A DNA stretch of 64,000 nt from an uncultured bacterium. GTDB lineage: Bacteria > Zixibacteria > MSB-5A5 > UBA10806. A model generated the notes under the pieces. The model made no database searches and was not told the DNA's origin. It was given only the letters and a program-made list of their open reading frames with translations. Location of the stretch: contig CBEUCH010000016.1 in assembly GCA_965541585.1 (NCBI GenBank), positions 22,056-86,055 on the forward strand, read 5' to 3'. Position 1 is the stretch's first letter. Each line of letters starts with the position of its first letter. Below are positions 59,718-64,000 of this stretch, piece after piece. The translations under genes were made by a program, and so were the position numbers.

Positions 59718-60929
59718 CTACACACTTTCCCCAAACGGCCATGCCGGCAGGCTGCATCGGCGTGGCTTATCCTTGCGAAATCCAAAGGCGTAATCGGCCT
59801 GCATGAGCTTTTGAATTTCCCGTGTTCCCTCGTATATGGACGCCCCTTTGGAATTGCGATAGAACCTCTCCACAGGATATTCGTCGGAGAAACCGTAGGC
59901 TCCGTGCACCTGGACGGCATCGGCAGCCGCGCTTTCGGCCTCCCGGCATGCAATCCACTTGGCCATAGCGGTCTCACGGGTGGAGCGAATTCCCTGGTTT
60001 CTCATCCAGCCGGTTTTCAACCACAGCAGGCGTGAGTAATCATACCCCGCCGCCATGTTGGCGATCATCTCCTTGACCAGTTGATGTTCTGCGATCGGCA
60101 CAGTGAACGTCTTGCGAGTCTTGGAATATTCGACACAAGCGTCGATACAGGCCTTTATGAGGCCGGTCGATCCGGCCGCCACCGTATATCGTCCCTGCTC
60201 CAAGCTGAACATGGCAATGTTAAATCCCTCGCCCTCATTCCCGATAAGATTCTCCGCCGGAACTTCAACGTCCTGCATCGATATCCAGCCGGTGTTGCCG
60301 GCCCGCACTCCCAGCTTGCCATGGATGGTGCCGGTGGTCAACCCGGGGAATGACCGCTCCAGGAAAAATGCAGAGATGCCCCTGTGATCGCGATTTTTCT
60401 TCTTCTCCAGATCGGTCCAGGCAAATACCAGAAAATAATCGGCCACGTCGGCCAGGCTGATCCACATCTTCTCTCCATTTAAGATATATTTCTCACCTTT
60501 TTTTACCGCGGTGCTCTGAATGCCGACAACATCCGATCCGGCGTCGGGCTCAGTCAAGCCAAAGGTACCGGACTTCTCTCCCCTGGCCAGCGGAACGAGG
60601 TATTTCTCTTTCTGGAAATCATTCCCCCAGGCGAGCAGACTGAGACTGTTGAGGCCTATATGAACCGAGAGCACCACGCGCGCGGATGTATCGGCGTATT
60701 CCAGTTCCTCGCATGCCAGGCCAAGCGATATATAGTCCATTCCAGCGCCGCCATATTTCTCCGGCAGGCAAAGCCCCAACAGATCGGCCTTCGCCATCCT
60801 GCCCAAAAGCGCAGGATCAAATTTCTGCTGGCGGTCGTTTTCCTGAATACTCGGGCTGATATTCTTGGATGCAAAATCGCGGCAAAGCTTCTGCACCGAA
60901 AGATGGTCATCGGTGAATTCAAAATTCAT
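59718..60929 (-). CDS. Acyl-CoA dehydrogenase
   Basis: FGLTEPDAGSD, LNGEKMWIS, AVQVHGAYG, IYEGTREIQ. Confidence 0.95.
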   Translation of the reverse strand: MNFEFTDDHLSVQKLCRDFASKNISPSIQENDRQQKFDPALLGRMAKADLLGLCLPEKYGGAGMDYISLGLACEELEYADTSARVVLSVHIGLNSLSLLAWGNDFQKEKYLVPLARGEKSGTFGLTEPDAGSDVVGIQSTAVKKGEKYILNGEKMWISLADVADYFLVFAWTDLEKKKNRDHRGISAFFLERSFPGLTTGTIHGKLGVRAGNTGWISMQDVEVPAENLIGNEGEGFNIAMFSLEQGRYTVAAGSTGLIKACIDACVEYSKTRKTFTVPIAEHQLVKEMIANMAAGYDYSRLLWLKTGWMRNQGIRSTRETAMAKWIACREAESAAADAVQVHGAYGFSDEYPVERFYRNSKGASIYEGTREIQKLMQADYAFGFRKDKPRRCSLPAWPFGESV

Positions 60930-61021
60930 CTTAATCCCCTAACCTGAAAGCCATATTCATCACGAAATCCTTTCCAGCCGTCCGAACAACATAATCAGGA
61001 CAGATGGCTGATTGGCACGGC

Positions 61022-61051
61022 ATGATAATCAATGGTAATCGGGATTACAAT
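61022..61051 (-). promoter_or_regulatory. Promoter with overlapping palindromic operator candidate
   Basis: TTGTAA-17 nt-TATCAT; the inverted repeat ATTGTAATC-CC-GATTACCAT overlaps the -35 and spacer. Confidence 0.5.
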
Positions 61052-61126
61052 CCAAAATTGAAAGACGGATGTGGATGCTTTGTAAAGTTTCGTTTAGAGG
61101 ACTGCGATCCCGCTTTTCGGGTGGTT

Positions 61127-61164
61127 AAAAAAATAAACCGCGATATCTGTTCGATATCGCGGCT
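61127..61164 (-). terminator. Rho-independent terminator after the DUF1573 gene
   Basis: CCGCGATATC-GAACA-GATATCGCGG followed by TTTATTTTTTT. Confidence 0.85.
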
Positions 61165-61181
61165 CAATGACATTTAAGATC

Positions 61182-61940
61182 CTAATTTCTGCCGATGGTG
61201 GGCTTGGGAGGTTTGGCTTTGAGCTTTTTCCTTTGAGGCGTTCTCGGCGGCGTAGGATCTGTCCCCTTTACAATGAACGGGACCGAAAACCTCGCTGATT
61301 TAGAGCCAGTCACATGGAAGGTTGACGAACGCTCAAAATTCTCTTTTTCGAATTCCCCGGTCCATTCGAATTTGATCTTGGTTTTTTTACCCGGCTCCAA
61401 TGAATCCTTATCCAATTTCACGGAGAGACCAGCATAAGAATCGCCTATCTGTGATAGACGTAACTTCTGATCGCCGGTATTGGTTATGATCAACTCAGAT
61501 TTTTTTCCCTCCTGAGTGAATTCCAGCCTTTCCGGCGAAAAGGTAAACGGCAGCGTCGAATCGGGAGCAGGATCTACCTGCGCGCTGACTGTGATTTTGA
61601 CCTGCGATTTGGTTAGATCATTAGAGTAAATAGTCGCGGCCTTACTTAGCTTGGATTTGTAGGTTCTGGTTTTAAACGTTAGTTCCACGACCGTGGAATC
61701 TCCCGGCGCCAGTTCTTTGTTCTTCACCGGCGCGGTGGTGCAGCCTCACCCCGGTTTGACTCTTATTATTTTCAGAGTATCCGTGCCTATATTCTTTATC
61801 CAGTAGTCGTGCGTTAGAACACTGTTTTGCGGCACGTGTCCGAAATCCCAGGATTTCTCGGGAACAAGTATCTTGGGGGCGGCAAATGAGCCGCTGTTTA
61901 TCCCCATGATTAAGGCTATTGTCAAGATCCAATTTTTCAT
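61182..61940 (-). CDS. Probable selenoprotein: DUF1573 (Ig-like) exported protein with GUGC motif
   Basis: ORFs 61746-61955 and 61182-61727 are in frame. Read-through of TGA 61746-61748 gives WDFGHV...IKNIGTDTLKIIRVKPG-U-GCTT...LAPGDST, matching the DUF1573 SCGCT motif. Start at ATG 61940 after GAGGA. Confidence 0.85.
61706..61733 (-). promoter_or_regulatory. Candidate bacterial SECIS element
   Basis: GCGCCGGU-GAAGAACAAAGA-ACUGGCGC, an 8-bp stem at +13..+40 after the UGA; loop begins with G. Confidence 0.55.
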
Positions 61941-62011
61941 AACTCGGTTCCTCATTTCAAGTATCGGCAGAAGTACTTCCTTATTTCAATATATACGGAA
62001 AATCTCTTACG

Positions 62012-62926
62012 TCAACCCAATTTCGATCTCTTCGCCAGATAGCCAAACAACGCCCGATCAAAGGGGATTGAAGTGTCCAGAAGGTGATAATCTATCTGCG
62101 AATCCCTGCAGGCGCGAGAGATCCTGTCGAGATATTCTTCCAGTTTCGCCGCATAATCTTTCCTTATCTGCCAGGGATCTGTCAAAAGTTCTCGATCCGT
62201 TTCCATATCCTTGAATCTGGCCTCGGCCCCGTAAGCGAAATTGCGCTCGTAAGGATCGAGGATCTGAAAGACTATGACCTCATGCTGGCGATGACGAAAA
62301 TGTTTCAGCCCCAGAAGAAATTTCTCCGGATCGTCCAGCAGGTCGGAGATGACTATTATCAGCCCTCGACGCCTGATCCTGTCGGCCAGTTCATGAAACG
62401 CTACTGCGGCGTCGGTCTTATTGGACGGCTCCGTTTCGCTCAGCCGTTTCAGGATGGGGGTGATATGCGATCGCGCTCCGCGGGGCGGAATATAAGACCG
62501 GATTTTTTCGTCGTAAACTAAAAGCCCGGGAGCATCCTGCTGCCGAAGCATGAGGTAGGCCAGCGATGCCGCCAGGTAGGAGCCGTACTCCAGCTTGGAG
62601 ATGCCATCGGATTTGTAATCCATGGATTTCGAGGCGTCCAACAGTATGTAGGCCTTGAGGTTGGTCTCCTCCTCGAACTGCTTGATATAGAACCGGTCCG
62701 ATTTACCGTATACTTTCCAGTCGATATGCCTGAAATCATCGCCTGGCATATACTGCCGGTGCTCGGCGAATTCCACCGAAAATCCGTGATAGGGGGAGCG
62801 GTGAAGCCCCACGATGAAACCCTCGACCACCAGCCTGGCCTTAAGCTCAATGGATGCCAGCTTGCTGACGACCGCCGGGTCTAAGTATTTACGGTAATCC
62901 GGTTGATTTTTAGCGTCTTCCGGCAT
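62012..62926 (-). CDS. DUF58 (vWA, MoxR-associated) protein
   Basis: GLHRSPYHGFSVEFAEHRQYMPGDD.RHIDWK, LLDASKSM, VISDL. Confidence 0.93.
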   Translation of the reverse strand: MPEDAKNQPDYRKYLDPAVVSKLASIELKARLVVEGFIVGLHRSPYHGFSVEFAEHRQYMPGDDFRHIDWKVYGKSDRFYIKQFEEETNLKAYILLDASKSMDYKSDGISKLEYGSYLAASLAYLMLRQQDAPGLLVYDEKIRSYIPPRGARSHITPILKRLSETEPSNKTDAAVAFHELADRIRRRGLIIVISDLLDDPEKFLLGLKHFRHRQHEVIVFQILDPYERNFAYGAEARFKDMETDRELLTDPWQIRKDYAAKLEEYLDRISRACRDSQIDYHLLDTSIPFDRALFGYLAKRSKLG

Positions 62927-63007
62927 GCCGTATTATACGCATTTATTCCGGAAATGGGGCAGATTTTTCACCTAAAAAATATGATAGCGAATAGCGCCGA
63001 CCTGCGA

Positions 63008-64000
63008 CTACTTCAGCAGGAGGAGTTTCTTCGAACTCTTTGCATCGCCAGCGGTTAGTCGGGCGAAATAGATGCCGCTGGAGTGATCGGCTGCATCCCA
63101 GATGATCCTATGTTCTCCGGCTTGCTTTATGCTTTCAACCAGGGTCGCAACTTGCCGGCCCAGGATATTGTATATGGTGATGCTTACAAAACCGGATTCA
63201 TCCAGACGATAATTCAGAGTTGTAGTGGCATTGAACGGATTGGGGTAGTTCTGGGAAATACCAGAGCTTCCGGGCAAATAAGTTTCGGGAGAATTATCTA
63301 CATCTGTTGTGTTTGAAAGATTTATCAATATTGAAATATCATCAGATCCACGATTCGCAACCGCCAGGTCATTATCGCCATCGCCATCGAGGTCAACCGC
63401 GAAAACTGAACAAGAATAATCCCCGGCCCCGTAATTAACCGCCGTCTGAAATGCACCGTCACCGTTATTCAGGAGGATTGAGACGTTGTAGGATTCACTA
63501 TTAACCACGGCCAAATCATTGTCGCCGTCGCCATCGAGGTCAACCGCGAAAACTGAAGCAGGAAACCACCCGGCCCCGTAATTAACCGCCTGTTGGAACA
63601 CCCCGTCACCGTTATTCAGAAGGACCGAGACATCGTAGGACCAATGATTGGCCACCGCCAGGTCATTGTCGCCATCGCCATCGAGGTCAACCGCGAAAAC
63701 TGAAACAGGAAGCCACCCGGCCCCATAATTAACCCCCTCCTGAAATGTCCCGTCACCGTTATTCGGAAGGACTGAAACATTGTAGGTGCCAACATTAACC
63801 ACGGCCAGGTCATTGTCGCCGTCGCCATCGAGGTCAACGGCGAAAATCGAGCAAGGATTAATCCCGGCCCCGTAATTAACCGCCTCCTGAAATGTCCCGT
63901 CACCGTTATTCAGAAGAACTGAGACATTGTCGGACCAATAATTAGCCACGGCCAGGTCATTGTCGCCGTCGCCATCGAGGTCAACGGCGAAAATCGAGCA
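63008..64000 (-). CDS. FG-GAP/VCBS-repeat protein with T9SS-type CTD (5' end off window)
   Basis: 49-aa repeats SVFAVDLDGDGDNDLAV.N...VSVLLNNGDG.FQ.AVNYGAG; QNYPNPFN tail; frame open to the window edge. Confidence 0.9.
   Translation of the reverse strand, partial: CSIFAVDLDGDGDNDLAVANYWSDNVSVLLNNGDGTFQEAVNYGAGINPCSIFAVDLDGDGDNDLAVVNVGTYNVSVLPNNGDGTFQEGVNYGAGWLPVSVFAVDLDGDGDNDLAVANHWSYDVSVLLNNGDGVFQQAVNYGAGWFPASVFAVDLDGDGDNDLAVVNSESYNVSILLNNGDGAFQTAVNYGAGDYSCSVFAVDLDGDGDNDLAVANRGSDDISILINLSNTTDVDNSPETYLPGSSGISQNYPNPFNATTTLNYRLDESGFVSITIYNILGRQVATLVESIKQAGEHRIIWDAADHSSGIYFARLTAGDAKSSKKLLLLK
63340..64000 (-). repeat. 147-bp tandem intragenic repeats (at least 5 copies, the last partial)
   Basis: Equivalent TCATT(G/A)TCGCC positions at 63369, 63516, 63663, 63810, 63957. 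Confidence 0.9.

Noticed and set aside
60976..61010. Structured leader upstream of the acyl-CoA dehydrogenase
   Set aside because: An imperfect hairpin only; no known riboswitch consensus recognised.
55845..61748. UGA reassigned genome-wide (code 4/25), or two pseudogenes
   Set aside because: TGA ends intact genes such as sprA, pepF and DUF58. Both internal TGAs fall exactly on motif Cys positions with 3' hairpins, which favours Sec. A pseudogene remains formally possible until selABCD are found.

Overview
This is a bacterial chromosomal window, most likely from an FCB-superphylum lineage. The CTD/dockerin-rich style suggests Zixibacteria, but that is inference only. The left part is a minus-strand housekeeping/secretion run (recG, DUF1844, murB, sprA, a glutaminyl-cyclase-like M28 lipoprotein, a DUF4097-like gene), followed by rpmB and a small surface-glycan cluster. 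The window encodes 16 proteins with a T9SS-type C-terminal sorting domain (CTD). The standout is a 17-kb tandem array (20334-37240) of 16 secreted paralogs carrying 17 copies of one ~180-aa domain. That domain has a conserved framework, hypervariable Cys/Pro/aromatic loops and an apparently cohesin-like strand pattern. It is joined interchangeably to a nearly invariant Cys-rich dockerin-like tail (9 genes) or a CTD (6 genes), around one central cohesin+dockerin+CTD scaffold gene. The array shows clear mosaic recombination and looks like a diversified, non-cellulosomal cohesin-dockerin adaptor repertoire. Two genes split in the ORF track are probable selenoproteins, each with an in-frame UGA at a Cys position and a downstream SECIS-like hairpin: a T9SS-exported LVIVD/Ig/thioredoxin (UPVC) protein and a DUF1573 (GUGC) protein. 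A PqqD-like/M50/HlyD fusion appears to start at a non-canonical ATC. No rRNA, tRNA, CRISPR or mobile element was seen. All domain calls are by eye, without database searches.
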